DNA of 64,000 nucleotides from Lytechinus pictus (GCF_037042905.1 NC_087245.1:186001-250000); one strand, 5' to 3'. Shown: positions 36,943 to 49,545, numbered from the stretch's first letter. Numbers and translations: made by a program. The notes: generated from the letters alone by a model not told the origin.

Positions 36943-37740
36943 TTAGACGATGTGGAGTTTTCCTGTACCATCCTTGTAAGCCAGTCTGGCGGGAAAGAGA
37001 AAGAAGGGTCTCTTACCCTGATCTTTGAGACTCTGAAACTCATCTCTCTTGTTTTTTCGTTGCTGAATGACTTTCTTGGAGTAGTCGTCAGAGACAAACA
37101 ACTTCCTTCCCTTGAATTTTGTAGACTTGAACACTTTGACGCACTTCTGACGAACCATCTCCTTTGTTTGGAACGAAGAAAAGCAGATGTGAATCATCCT
37201 TGGTTTCTCATCCAAAGCCTGTCTGCTAGACGTGGTGCTGGTTGGGGTACAATGACACCGCTCTATTCCGAGATCCTTAGGTTCTAGTCCAGCGAAGGAA
37301 AACACCTCATTCACTACAGAAAGGGTTGGGGAATCAAATACCTCAGGTACGCCATAAAATACCAAATTGTTCCTGCGGGCTCTGTTCTCCAAATCATCCA
37401 TTTTTTGCGCCAAATCGACATTGACAGATTTCAGCTTGTCTACTTGCTTTTCAAGATCTGAGATAAGCATAGCACAGGAGGTCAACTTTTCTTCATGTTC
37501 ACTCACCCTAGCAGTTAGTTCGGATACCTGATTGGCAATGACGTTTTCCATTCGAGATTCAAAGCTAACCATGTATTCTGTGAACCACGCCGGGGCCAGG
37601 GTCGGGGCAGACGATCGCGAACCCTTGGAGGCCGCTGCACTCGTGCCTGCCTCGTCACATGTGTTCTCGTCTATCTTGGGTTTCTTTGAACTCGGGTTTT
37701 TGTCCTTTCCAGGTGATAATTGGTTCTTCTTCCTATCCAT
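36943..37740 (-). CDS. L1/Tx1 ORF1: coiled coil plus RRM-type RNA-binding protein (265 aa)
   Basis: Heptad region followed by DDLENRARRNNLVFYGVPE, KPRMIHICF, LFVSDDYS and FLFPARL. Confidence 0.92.
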   Translation of the reverse strand: MDRKKNQLSPGKDKNPSSKKPKIDENTCDEAGTSAAASKGSRSSAPTLAPAWFTEYMVSFESRMENVIANQVSELTARVSEHEEKLTSCAMLISDLEKQVDKLKSVNVDLAQKMDDLENRARRNNLVFYGVPEVFDSPTLSVVNEVFSFAGLEPKDLGIERCHCTPTSTTSSRQALDEKPRMIHICFSSFQTKEMVRQKCVKVFKSTKFKGRKLFVSDDYSKKVIQQRKNKRDEFQSLKDQGKRPFFLFPARLAYKDGTGKLHIV

Positions 37741-37951
37741 CTTTATCCTGTAACTATCACACTGTAAGAATTTTCACGAAATACGTAGAAAAGGCTTCAA
37801 ATTAAAACACTTTGTTGGGTTTTGATCAGAGCGAAAAATGTTAGCTACATGCTTGGACGAAGTCACGTGGTTCCTCCATTTAATTATGTTCTTGATTGGT
37901 CATTGACTTTTTGTGATTGATTGATATGTAAATAAGTGTTTGGTACTGCAA

Positions 37952-38832
37952 AATCATAAAATAGCCTTAAAAACGGACATACCTGTACAGTGTACTGAAG
38001 CTTTTCGACATGCACTCATCAGAGCAAAATCGCTTGAATGACTAAAACGCTAGAGCAAAACAACATATAATAGAACCGTAACCAGACAATGGACGCTAAA
38101 TGACGAGCTGTGATTGGCTTTCCTAATTTGCATCTCAAACTTTTGTGGCGAGGGAAAGCTTCCCAAACGTTTGAAATGCAAATTAGGAAAGCAATATCTA
38201 GTGCCTTCTCTAGCGTTGAAGCGCGTGTGGTATTTACCACACACAGAATGATCTCGTCTATTCGAAAGGACGTGCTCCCTATCTCTCACTGTAGTAATGT
38301 TATTTACGAGGCTAAGTGCCGATGTGAAGCTCGGTACATAGGGTGTACAACCCAACGTTTAGCAGACTGCATTAGCCAACATGTACCCGCCTCTATCCGA
38401 AATTGTCGAATTTGCACGTGTTCACAACTCCCCTCTGCGAGCATGCAGAAAACATACCGCTAGTACTGCGACAGACGGTGGTAGTAGTTTGGTTATTGCT
38501 TACCGCTTGCTGAGCAACCAAGCATGTGCTGAACAATACTGTTCATCTTGGTTTAAGGTGCTCAGCCGAGCAAGGAGTTTCACTCATTTGCGCATGCTCG
38601 AGGCAGGGTATATCCAGCTAACAGACCCAATTCCGTGCCGCCAGAAGGAGTTTGTAAGAACCCTTGCATTATTTTAGTTGCTTTGCTTCAATATACGGCT
38701 GGTACCAAGCCTAACTTGTTTGCTTGACAGCCAATCACGGCTTGCCATTTAGCGTCCATTGTCTGGTTACGGTTCTATTATATGTTTTGCTCTAGCGTTC
38801 AGTATGTCCGTTTTTAAGGCTATTTTATGATT
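37952..38832 (+). mobile_element. Penelope-like element fragment (GIY-YIG endonuclease) with inverted pseudo-LTRs
   Basis: SNVIYEAKCRCEARYIGCTTQRL..QH and LRMLEAGYIQLTDP..CRQKEF (frameshifted). 37952-38118 is an inverted copy of 38729-38832. Confidence 0.85.
37993..38026 (-). ncRNA. Minimal type I hammerhead ribozyme motif in the Penelope pseudo-LTR
   Basis: Minus strand reads TGCT CTGATGA GTGCATGTC GAAA AGCT TC AGTA: conserved core, palindromic stem III, short stem I. Confidence 0.65.
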
Positions 38833-38954
38833 GATATTTGTACTCTACATTACGTCTTACCCCCGTTTGAAAACGGACCGCAGATCAGATGGCAAACTGC
38901 GGTATTTCACCCCATTTTGCATTTGAAAATCTAAAACATCATTTCCAAGCCCTG

Positions 38955-39099
38955 GGGGTCGTTTCATAAAGCTGTTCGTAAGTTAAGAGCGACTTTAACA
39001 ACGACTGGTGATCATCGCCAATGGTTTGTACCATTTACCGCAAGACATGATCACCATGCAGTCGCTCTTAACTCACGAACAGCTTTATGAAACACCCGC
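38955..39099. mobile_element. Harbinger-type palindromic MITE
   Basis: GGGGTCGTTTCATAAAGCTGTTCGT / ACGAACAGCTTTATGAAACACCCGC. TSD CTG. Confidence 0.85.
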
Positions 39100-39901
39100 C
39101 TGATCAACCCCGCTTGGCCAGGTAATCCCCACAGGCCAGATTATGAGCGTTGAGCCAAGGACGAAATGATAAACAACAGCTGTGTATTACGTAAGTCTTC
39201 TCTGCCTGTAGAAGGACCTTCGGAATTAAATTATTGTATTCGATATTTAATCATGTTTTCAAAGGCATATTGTATTCAGAAATTCAATGCTAGACCATTT
39301 TCAATTTCGAACGAAGAAATCAACCTCGAAATAAGGAAAGTAAGTGAATAAAAAATGGCGACATGTTTTCTCGGACCGCACTCGGGCTGTTGTGTTATCT
39401 TCGGACCGAGGTCAAGAAACAGGTGTTTTGATAATTACATTGCATGCCTGTGGCAGTATGGTTTTCGTATTCGGAGAAGAGAATTCATTGAGAAAAAATG
39501 GGGTATAGTGTCATCAAATGGAGGTATTTCGTCATGAATTGGGCCAAGCTTCAAAGAAATATTGTATTCTAAAATAAAGTGTAAATAAAGTGTGCATCCA
39601 GGCACATCGTAGTGCTGGTCAATATTTGATTCAATTTCAAAGTAGACATTAAATTATCGCCAGGAATATATTACCACTAACACAATATTTCATTGCTGAG
39701 TCTGAAAATTCATTTCAATATTTTGAGTTGCAATTCCTTGAGAGCAGGGAAAGTAAGACTTTTACAAGTACCATTGGTGCTTGTCCATTAAAATGGGCAT
39801 TTGGGTACTATTTTATGAAGTTCTGAGTACATGTACATATAGGTTTAGCAAAACAGAGCAGCTAGCTTTTGTGGTTAATAAAATAGTGATTGACTATTTA
39901 A

Positions 39902-40502
39902 AGGACAAGTCTACCCCAACAAAAATTTGATTTGAACAAAAAGAGAAAAATCCAACAAGCATAACACTGAAAATTTCATCAAAATTGGATGCAAAATAAG
40001 AAAGTTATGACATTTTAAAGTTTCGCTCAATTTCACAAAACATTTTCATGCACATCCCGGTCGGTATGCAAATGAGGGAACTGATGACATCACTCACTCA
40101 CTATTTTTTTATATTTTATTATATGAAATATGATATATTCTAATTTTCTCATTATCCTGTGAAACAAAGTTTTATTTCTCCCTGAACATGTTGAATTACC
40201 AATGCTTAACATTTTATGGTTCAGTCAAGTTGGTCCTTATTGTCAAATCTGCGAAAAGTGAAATAATGTTTAATTCGAACAATAAAAAACAAAAGAAATA
40301 GTGAGTGAGGGACATCATTGATTCTCTCGTTCGCATGTGACTAAAATTGTGCATATAACTATTTTGTGAAAAAATAGGCGAAACTTTAAAATGTCATATT
40401 TTTCTTATTTTACATCCGATTTTGATGAAATTTTCAGCATTATGCTTGTCTGATTTTCCTCTATTAATTCAAATCACCATTTTTATGAGGTGGACTTGAC
40501 CT
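39902..40502. mobile_element. Kolobok-type MITE
   Basis: TTAA|AGGACAAGTCTACC ... GGTGGACTTGACCT. Long internal inverted similarity. Right TSD degenerate. Confidence 0.75.
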
Positions 40503-40666
40503 TTGGCTTTAAAGATTTTATAATTGACAATATTTTGGGCATATACCGCGATATACATTATCAACATAATCAGAAAACCATTATCATATCAATAATTCTT
40601 TGATATCACATAATTTTGATAATAGTACATACCTCTGTAGAATGTTCTTCAGTTTCATGAATTTTT

Positions 40667-41522
40667 GTCTTGTCTGCATAGCAGAGCAAGACTATAGGTG
40701 CTGCTTTTCCAACGGCGGCGGCGTTGTCAACATTGAAATCTCAACCAAGATTAAGTTTTTGAAATGTCATCATAACTTAGAAAGTACATGTATATGGACT
40801 TATTTCATGAAACTTGGACATAAGGGTAATCAAGTATCATTGAACATCCTGCCTGAGTTTTCAGGTCACCAAGGTCAAAGGTCACTAAGGGTCAACAAAT
40901 TCTGACCATGTTGGGGTTTTTTGTGGAATTGTCATCATAATTTTGATATTTTATGGATTTACATGTAGATGTTGAAACTTAGACAAAAGAGCAAATAAGT
41001 ATCCCTGAACATCCTGTGCGAGTTTCAGATCACATGACCAAGGTCAAGGTCATTTAGGGTCAACAAACTTTAATAATGTTGGGGGTATTTGTGGAATTGT
41101 CATCACAACTTTAAAAGTTTATGGCTCTAGTTCATGAAACTTGGACACAAGCATAACCATGTTTCTCTGAATATCCTGTGTGCGTTTCAGGTCACATGAC
41201 CAAGATCAAAAGTCATTTAAGGTCAATGAACTTTGGCCATGTTGGGGGTATTTGTTGAATTGGCATCATAATTAGAAAGTATATGGATCCACACACGTAG
41301 TTCATGAAACATAGATATAAGGGTTATCAAGTTTGTTTTGCACAAGCCTTGGGTCACATTATCATGTTCAAAGGTCATGTTGGGTCAATGGACATAGTAT
41401 TTTATTATCATATAGTTGTTTTCTTTTGTGAATTATTATTCAATGGCTGTTTTCATAGTCAGCTCTGCTGCTATATTGAATCGCATAATGCAGGCAAGAC
41501 TGCCAGAGGCGTTCCACTTGTT
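40667..41522 (+). mobile_element. HINE-like element, family B
   Basis: 5' hairpin GTCTTG..CAAGAC, GGC repeats, ~165-bp tandem units, 3' subTIR GCAGGCAAGAC, T-rich flanks. Confidence 0.7.
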
Positions 41523-42271
41523 AATTTTTTTTTTTACATCATTCTCTTTTAGTTTACAAGGGCACTCCATGCTGAAATTATTATGATTCAAACAAATGAG
41601 GTACAAAAAAGACAACAACATGCTGGAAATTTCATAGAAATTAGACAATTATGTCATGACATTTTCAAAATTTTGCATTATTTTGGTGAAACAATTTTAT
41701 GCAAGTCTTCATGAATATACTATGAGTCAGCTGATGATGTGATATCCACACTTATTATTTCGTATTTGAAATGTCAAACATTTATTAATTCAAAATTTGT
41801 TCTCCAAGAGTGAAAACAATTACAATGTAGATTGACTACTGATTAGTGTAAGACAATCATTGCTACAACTTATTTTTTGTGAGAAGGGAGATGTGCACAC
41901 TTTCATGACAATATAGAATAATAATGATTTCATTTAATAACAAAAAAAAGAAAAATATGTTTTCACAAAATTGCTAAACTTTGATAGTCAATTATTATTT
42001 GTTATAAGATTTTTGGTATTTTCGCTCAATTAATTTTTCTTTCAACCAGGATTTGCCCTTTAAAGTCATCCAGGGATGAAAAAATATTTTATCATAGTTA
42101 TTCAGCAAGAAAGTAAAAAAAATGTTCATTGATTAAGGATCTCCAATCTGTTATGTTATCCCTACTCTTCTTCCTCTCTAGAGGTTTTCTTAATGTCACA
42201 ATTTTGCAATCAACTGCACCATGTTTGTATTTGTAATGTATGTGGTGTATTGTTATTTTATATTTTTTCAG

Positions 42272-42363
42272 TAAACAGGAAACTCTCAACAGTGTTGATT
42301 TCATTGGTCATCTTTTTACTTGGAATTGGATCTGCTCTAAGTCTTAATTTCCTTATCAATCAG
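42272..42363 (+). CDS. SLC6/NSS transporter exon (TM9)
   Basis: TTTTTTCAG| .. CAG|GTAAGT. LNRKLSTVLISLVIFLLGIGSALSLNFLINQ. Confidence 0.9.
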
Positions 42364-43744
42364 GTAAGTCTAGTAATCGTGAGCGATGGCTGCCATCCAT
42401 GCCTCTGATTACTTTCATTGTTATTCTCCTACATTTAAGTGTTAAGTTTGATTTATTTACCATCAATAACTGGGATATACTCATTTGATTTGCTTGTTCA
42501 TTACGATGAACCAGCACGCCGAATATACAGTACACAATTTTCCTGCGCGCGCGCTGCATCTCCCTATGAACGCACTATCCCAAGATCATCGTGCAATTTG
42601 GCGTCCATTTCCTCTTTTACTTTCGCCTGCAGTCGAGTACAGACGTAAAGCTAAGTACACTCTCAAAAACGCAATCTTGTTTTACATTTTGGTTTCTATA
42701 CGAGTGCATTCTATCCCTTATTTCAATCTTATTTTTCCTTTTAAGGTTGTTTTAAGCATATCCCATCGCGCGGAGCTCTCCGTGATATTATTTTCACGTA
42801 TTTTGTTCTGCTTTCTTGTGAGTCTAAAACATAAGATACGTTTTCTCGCAGGCGGGTTGCTTCGCATCCCCACCCCGCAGCTCCGCGCCTTCCTGCGTGT
42901 CGCGGGCGTTGAGTTCGTGCTCCTTTATTCTTTATATATTCATTTTAATTCTCTGACTTCTCGCTTCTTCGCATCCGTCTTGAATTTCCTTGAATTTATT
43001 TCTCTTCCACAGAAAGGAGCGTCGTATTTACTTAATCTCGTTTCAACTACTATTGTTCTTGTCTCGAGTTAGTTGATTGTCTCCTTTGTTCTCAATCAAC
43101 TATTGTATCCTTTGTTCTTGTGATTCTATGAATTATTTGAATTAATTAATTAATTTTTTTAATTAATTAATTTTTAAAAAAAATAAAAAAAATCTTTCCT
43201 TAGACTTTGTCTTGAAAGGTTTTTTTCCTTCACAAGAATTTTACTCTTTTAGGAAGCTGTTCTTGTTAGCGTTTCCACCTCGCTAATTTTCTTCTGGTCT
43301 TCCTTTTTTCAGGAAAGCAAGCTTCAGTTTCTTCTTTCCATTTTTCAGATCAGCTACCGGTTCCGGATACTTAAATAATTTTTTTTCGACCTCTTGTCAA
43401 AAAAAAAAAAAAAAACTTTGTGTTTTTTCTTTTAGGTGCTTCTTCCCTTTTTTCCTTAGGAACTTAGCAGAAGCAGTCTTCTTGTTGTGTTTTCTCATAC
43501 AAACAATTATAGATATATATTTATAGGGAGGAGTTTCTCATAATAATTCTTTAATTATTACTGTTCCCTTTTACTGGGATAGTACTGCGTGTACTTATCC
43601 GTTAGAGATATTATATTATTGTAATTCTCACTGTTCGTTTTTTTAAGTCCTTTGACTTCTGGGGTTGGGGTTTTTTCACCCCCCTACCCCCATCCTCTCT
43701 GGGTTTTTTTTTCTCTTTCTACTCGCTATTAGATTTACATCTAC

Positions 43745-46018
43745 ATGAGCATGAGCTTCTCGGATTCCTCCCTAGAAGAGCTCGAAATGGCCGCTGAACA
43801 GGTGTCCAACACTGGGGTTTTGTTCCCCATCAGTGGTAACGTAGAAAGTGGAAACGGAGAAAGTTCCCTCGTGGGTTCTAAGAAGGGTGGAACCGTGGAT
43901 CCGAGTTCACGTGCCCATGGGGGTGGACAGTCAGACGGCAGGTCCCAAGAAAGTGGCTTCTTCATCCAAGTGATATTCATGACTTGAGATGTTATGCATA
44001 TTTAATGAACTTGATGCGGACCAAAACACCTCTTTTCATTCGGTCATTGCTGCTCCAATTGTGCATCGAATTTCATGAATTTGGTATCATTTTAAAGAAG
44101 AAGAATCATTCTTTCAGGTCATGTGTTTGAATTTATTCAAAGATTTTGTAATATAGGTTAAAATTTTGATCTAAAATATGCTACAAGATAATTATTTTCA
44201 CCTGACAAAAGCTGCTATTTTCACACTTTATTTTTGTTTAAGCCCAAATGATTTTTAGATCATGATAAAGCTGAATATGTATGCTTTAAAATGATATAGG
44301 TTTCAAAATAAGACTTGGTTTAATCGGGTCAAGATCACACTTTTCATTTGCCAAGTACATAAAGCAGCTTGAAAACAAGAATACTGCACTCTGATTGGTC
44401 AAATAGACCTCACACTGCAAATTCCAACGGTTCCAGTGCCTGGGTTCATGGGAAGGTCACACATCCCATGTGGTAATCTCCTCAAATACACCGCGCCTGT
44501 TAATCTGTGAACCTTATAAAGCCAATCAGAACTCTGGATTTCATGCAAGTACAAAATTTCAGAAATCTCGTCTTGTACCTTGGTGGGAAAAGTGTGATCT
44601 TGACCCGATTAAAAGGTGCTGCATATCAAGAGTGGCATTGTGAGAAAGTACAGAAGTTCAGCTTTATGGTGATATAGATATCATTGAGGCTCAAAATAAA
44701 AAGTTTTGCACAATTTGCAAAAGAAAACAGAGGAAGAAAATTCAGTTTTGAGGCACATTTTCAGGCCAGAAATTCACTTACTTAACAAAATATTGTATAC
44801 AAAATAAATGACCAATATGAAAGAGTAACATTTACTCTATCTGATGGTGCAATAATATTTCATTTGACTTGAGGTTAAAACAGGTAAATTCTTAGAGAAA
44901 GAAAATCACACGAATCACGAGATTTTGCAAGGAAGAGGATTCAGCCACGAGATGATTTGGATGAATCTGGCCTTTTTGCTCATTAGCATAGGGACCTGCG
45001 GTCTGACTGTGGAGCCGTGGATGCGCGTCCACGTCCCCCAATTAAGAAGGGTGGAACCGTGGATCCGCGACCACGTGCCCGCAAAGTGATAGCCCAGGTC
45101 TCCGCGCCGGAGCCTGAACCATTTTCGGGGAGCGTCGTACTAGCTCAGAAAACGCCGACTCCTCTAGGGCTACCGGACCCACCGGCTATCGGGTCACCCA
45201 AAGACCGGGGGGAGAGCAGCCTCTCCGCCCGGCACAAGAGACTAGGCTCGATGCCGTTTCAGACTCCCCAGGGGAGCATCGGCAAAGGGCTATCAGCCCC
45301 TAGTCGCAGGAGACAGCATAGCCCGACCCCGTCGGACTCTAGATTTAACCTGACTCTGTCAGATTCTGCGAATCGTTCTTCTCGGTCAACGAGTGCTCCC
45401 CGTGGGAGAGCTAAGACGAAGAGATCAAGACCCGCACAGCCTCCTGCCCCTTCTTCTGCTCCTCCACCGGAGCCGCCAAAGAAGAAGAAGAAATCCGCGG
45501 CCGTAAGCCCCGTTCCATCGGGTGGCCCGCCTTCTAACTCTTCTACAGATGGCCAGGCCTCGCAACTTCTTAAGTTGCTCCAGAGCGCTTTCGTGCACTG
45601 TGGGTTGCTACCCCCGGGCTCGTCTGCTTCACAAGCGGACATCGGCCATCCGACACCTCGAGACACAGCCAGCGATTCTAACGAATCACCGGCTCTCGAA
45701 CCCACTCAGGCTACACCCGTGAGTTCTCAGGCTCGGCCGACCTTGGGGCTTCTTCCCCGTGAGTCCGGCCATGGCACACACCGCTCGAGCCTTTCACAGG
45801 CGCCTGCTACCCTCGGGGCTCCGCCCGGTGAGGAGACTTGGGTCGGTTCCCCCCCTCTGGAGGCGGAACAAGCCCTATCGGAGGACGAGTTCAATCCCGA
45901 TCCTCCGGGTAGCCCGGCCCCCCAACCGGCAGGCAGTACGGCTCAGGACGCCATAGAGATCCTCCATAGATATCTCCCACATATCTACCCTCCAAACGAG
46001 CCGGTAGAGGTAGATTGA
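43745..46018 (+). pseudogene. DIRS ORF1 (gag-like, low-complexity N-terminal part) split by a MITE and truncated
   Basis: 43745-43927 joins 45014-46018 in frame after removing the MITE and one TSD copy. The KKGGTVDP repeat lies on both sides. Confidence 0.75.
43928..45009 (+). mobile_element. ~1.08-kb CAG-terminated non-autonomous DNA transposon inside DIRS ORF1
   Basis: Same TIRs as 25936-27018. TSD TGGA (43924-43927, 45010-45013). Confidence 0.93.
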
Positions 46019-46544
46019 CTATTTCCCCCGGTCACATCCGGTGGAACGGCGTGGAGTCCGCTTGATTCCCACACCGTCCTTTATTGCCAAGAACCAGACT
46101 GCCACCTCTGGTTCGATCGAGTTCTTCCTAGCTCCTCTATCAGATCTTTCCTCGGTTACCGAGGACAAAGTCTGGTGCCCGGTCAGGGCCTTGAAATGGT
46201 ACCTGGATAGAACTAAGACGCTTCGCAACTCTGACCAGTTGTTTGTCACGTCGCGCGAGCCGTTTGCGGCAGCGTCACGAGAAACCATTTTCCGCTGGAT
46301 CGTTGAAGCGATCAAATCGGCTGGTGATGATGCTCTCCTTTCAGACACTAGGCCGAGAGACCATGACACTCATAGTATCGCTACTTCTTGGGCTCTCTTC
46401 AATGGCGTCGCCTTGGACGACATTCTAAGAGCCGCCTTTTGGCGCTCTTCCAATTCTTTTACATCCTTTTATCTAAAGGACATTCCTTCGGGAGAGGCCT
46501 TATTTGCCTCCTCTGCTCTTAGGGCAGCGGCCCCTGTGTCTTAA
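46015..46544 (+). pseudogene. DIRS tyrosine recombinase, C-terminal part
   Basis: SFIAKNQ, WCPVRAL, HDTHSIATSWA (HxxR box with R to H), W-RSSNSFTSFYL (catalytic Tyr). Confidence 0.88.
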
Positions 46545-47828
46545 TCTCCCTTCTTTGCGCACTTTTGTTTCTAGACATGCCTCCCTTCACGTCGAATCCG
46601 TGTTGGTCTAGCAAATCAAATGAGTATATCCCAGTTATTGATAGTAAATTATGAAAATACTTACGTTTATTTTCTTATTTACGAGATAACTGGATATACT
46701 CATTTGAACCCTCCCACCTACCCCTCGCCTTGCGTGGCAACATGTCTTGCGTGCAGGCTCATGAGAGGAAATGGACGCCAAATTGCGCGATGATCTTGGG
46801 ATAGTGCGTTCATAGGGAGATGCAGCGCGCGCGCAGGAAAATTGTGTACTGTATATTCGGCGTGCTGGTTCATCGTAATGAACAAGCAAATCAAATGAGT
46901 ATATCCAGTTATCTCGTAAATAAGAAAATAAACGTAAGTATTTTCATAATTGAACACTATATGATGTCAGTATTATATACATTTTCCTTTTTCCTCAGGT
47001 ATGGGTATAAATTGCTTGAGTTTTGTCTATCCACATCTATCAAAAATGTTATTTCTGTTTTTAGTGCACCTCACACCATAGCAAAAAGTTAGGAAATATG
47101 AGTTCAGCTGATAATTTGTATCATCTCTCACTATTAGGGAATGGATACCTTATATCGTTTGAAAGTTTATTTCATTCCTTTTGGAATCATTTGTTAAGAC
47201 CATTCCATCAGGGAAACGACAGTATGCAGGACATATCATTAGAAAATGGCCTTTCATTTAATGAAAGAAAGACTTAACTTCTTCACATGTCTTCCTGTCA
47301 TCGACCAAGAAGTTTGCTTTCTCATGTCTCTTTCAATCAATCCAGTCTTTAACCTGCAAGTGTGCAAGGATCCTTTGGTTTATGATCGATAATCAATTGA
47401 CAATATCAAGGCATATAAACAAGATACATGTATTCATTTGGGTTCTGCAAACTCCTGTTTTAGTATCAAGATAAAAAGAGCATTTGAGCAAAAGAAAAGT
47501 GAAGGGGACAATTTTTAATAAGCTAGCATCAAGTATCACCTTAACTTCATATATCATTCTGCACTATACTTGAGCCATGGTTTCAGGAAATCATAAAGCA
47601 ACAAAGTACATAACTTTAAGAGAGACCAGCTATAGTGAGCTTGATTTGTGTTCGCAGGTCAAATATCCATTTCTAATTTTAAACATTGAGTTCTCTTAGT
47701 ACTTAAACAGCATTAAAGGGTTTAAAATATGTATGGGCAAGGCAGAAGATGAGGTAAAACTAAGTTAGGGTCAGTATATGTCTTACTATTCTTTGAAGTT
47801 TATAATGTCTATTTAATGTTTTATTTTT

Positions 47829-49318
47829 GTCTCAGTCACCTGCCTAGCAGAGTGAGACTATAGGCGCCGCTTTTCCGACGGCGGCTGCGTCAACACCAAC
47901 TCTTAACCGAAGGTTAAGTTTTTGAAATGATATCATAACTTAGAAAGAATATGGACCCAGTTCATAAAACTTGGACATAAGGTTAATCAAGTATTACTGA
48001 ATATCCTGCTTGAGTTTCATGTCACATGACCAAGGTCAAAGGTCTTTAGGGTTAATGAACTTAGACCATGTTGGGGGAATCATCGTCAAAATCTTAACCT
48101 AAGGTTAAGTTTTTGAAATGTCATCATAACTTAGAAAATATATGGACCTAGTTCATGAAACTTGGACATAAGTTTAATCAAGTATTATTAAACATCCTGC
48201 CGGAGTTTCAAGTCACATGACCAAGGTCAAAGGTCATTTAGGGTCAATGAACTTTGGCCAAGTTGGGGGTATTTGTTGAATTACCATCATAACTTTAAAA
48301 GTTTATGGATCTGATTCATGAAACTTGGACATAGGAGTAATCAAGTATCACTGAACATCCTGTGCGAGTTTCAGGTCACATGATCAAGGTCAAAGGTCAA
48401 TGAACTTTGGCCAATGTTGGGGGTATCTATTGAATTACCATCACAACTTTGAAAGTTTATGGATCTGATTCATGAAACTTGGACATAAGAGTAATCAAGT
48501 ATCACTGAACATCCTGTGCGAGTTTCAGGTCACATGATCAAGGTCAAAGGTCAATGAACTTTGGCCATGTTGGGGGTATCGATTGAATTACCATCATAAC
48601 TTTGAAATTTTATGGATCTGATTCATGAAGCTTGGACATAAGAGTAATCAAGTATCACTGAACATCCTGTGTGAGTTTCAGGTCACATGATCAAAGTCAA
48701 AGGTCATTCAAGGTCAATGAACTTTGGCCAAGTTGGGGGTATTTGTTGAATTACCATCACAACTTTGAAAGTTTATGGATCTGATTCATTAAACTTGGAC
48801 ATAAGATTAATCAAGTATCACTGAACATCCTGTTCAAGTTTCAGGTCACATTACCAAGATCAATGGACTTTGGCCATGTTGGGGGTATTTCTTGAATAAC
48901 CATCATAACTCTGAAAGTGTATGGATAGAGTTCATAAAACTTGGACATAAGAGTAATCAAGTATCACTGAACATGTCATGCGAGTTTCAGGTCACATGGC
49001 CAAAGTCAAAGGTCATTTAAGGTCAACGAACTTTGGCCATTTTGGAGGTAATTATTAGATTGCTGTCATAACTTTCAAAGTTTATACATGTAGATATAGT
49101 TTATAAAATGTGGATGTAGGGTAATCAAGTATCACTGACAAGTCGTAGGTCGCATGATCAAGGTCAAATGTCATTTATTGTCAATGAACATAGTATTGTA
49201 TCATTATATCAATGGTGTTTTTTGTGAATAATTATTTTTTAGTAGTTTTCAAAGTCAGCACTGCTACTATATTGAATTGCGTGATGCGGGTGAGACTGCC
49301 AGATGTGCTCCACTTGTT
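47829..49318 (+). mobile_element. HINE-like element, family B, with ~8 tandem 145-190 bp units
   Basis: 5' GTCTCA..TGAGAC hairpin, repeated AAACTTGGACATA..AAGGTCAAAGGTCA, 3' GCGGGTGAGAC..CCACTTGTT. Confidence 0.75.
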
Positions 49319-49545
49319 CAATCTACAGTTCTAACATAACATTTCTTCCCGTTTTCCTCACACATAAAGACCTGTAGGTGTTATGCATCTATTAAGATCT
49401 GTACAATTATTATTATTATTTTTATTATTATTATTATGAAATATATATTCAACATTTGAGAAATGTCACTCAGATGTGTAATGAGTGGTATAAAATCAGA
49501 TGTATAATATTTTGAGAATATGATTGACTTTATTTATCATTGCAG

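Larger units (their letters stand above)
31787..37877 (-). mobile_element. Full-length L1/Tx1-group non-LTR retrotransposon
   Basis: 16-bp TSD ATTTAATTATGTTCTT (31771-31786, 37878-37893). Poly(A) tail with AATAAA. Two open ORFs. Confidence 0.96.
42455..46951 (+). mobile_element. DIRS1-type tyrosine-recombinase retrotransposon, internally deleted
   Basis: ITRs 42455-42615 and 46764-46951 (right one extended). Internal complementary region 46611-46707. ATT at both ends. gag-like ORF and YR C-terminus. Confidence 0.93.

Noticed and set aside
42485..43072. 195-aa ORF
   Set aside because: Runs through the DIRS ITR and T-rich leader, has a non-ATG start and shows no recognisable motif.
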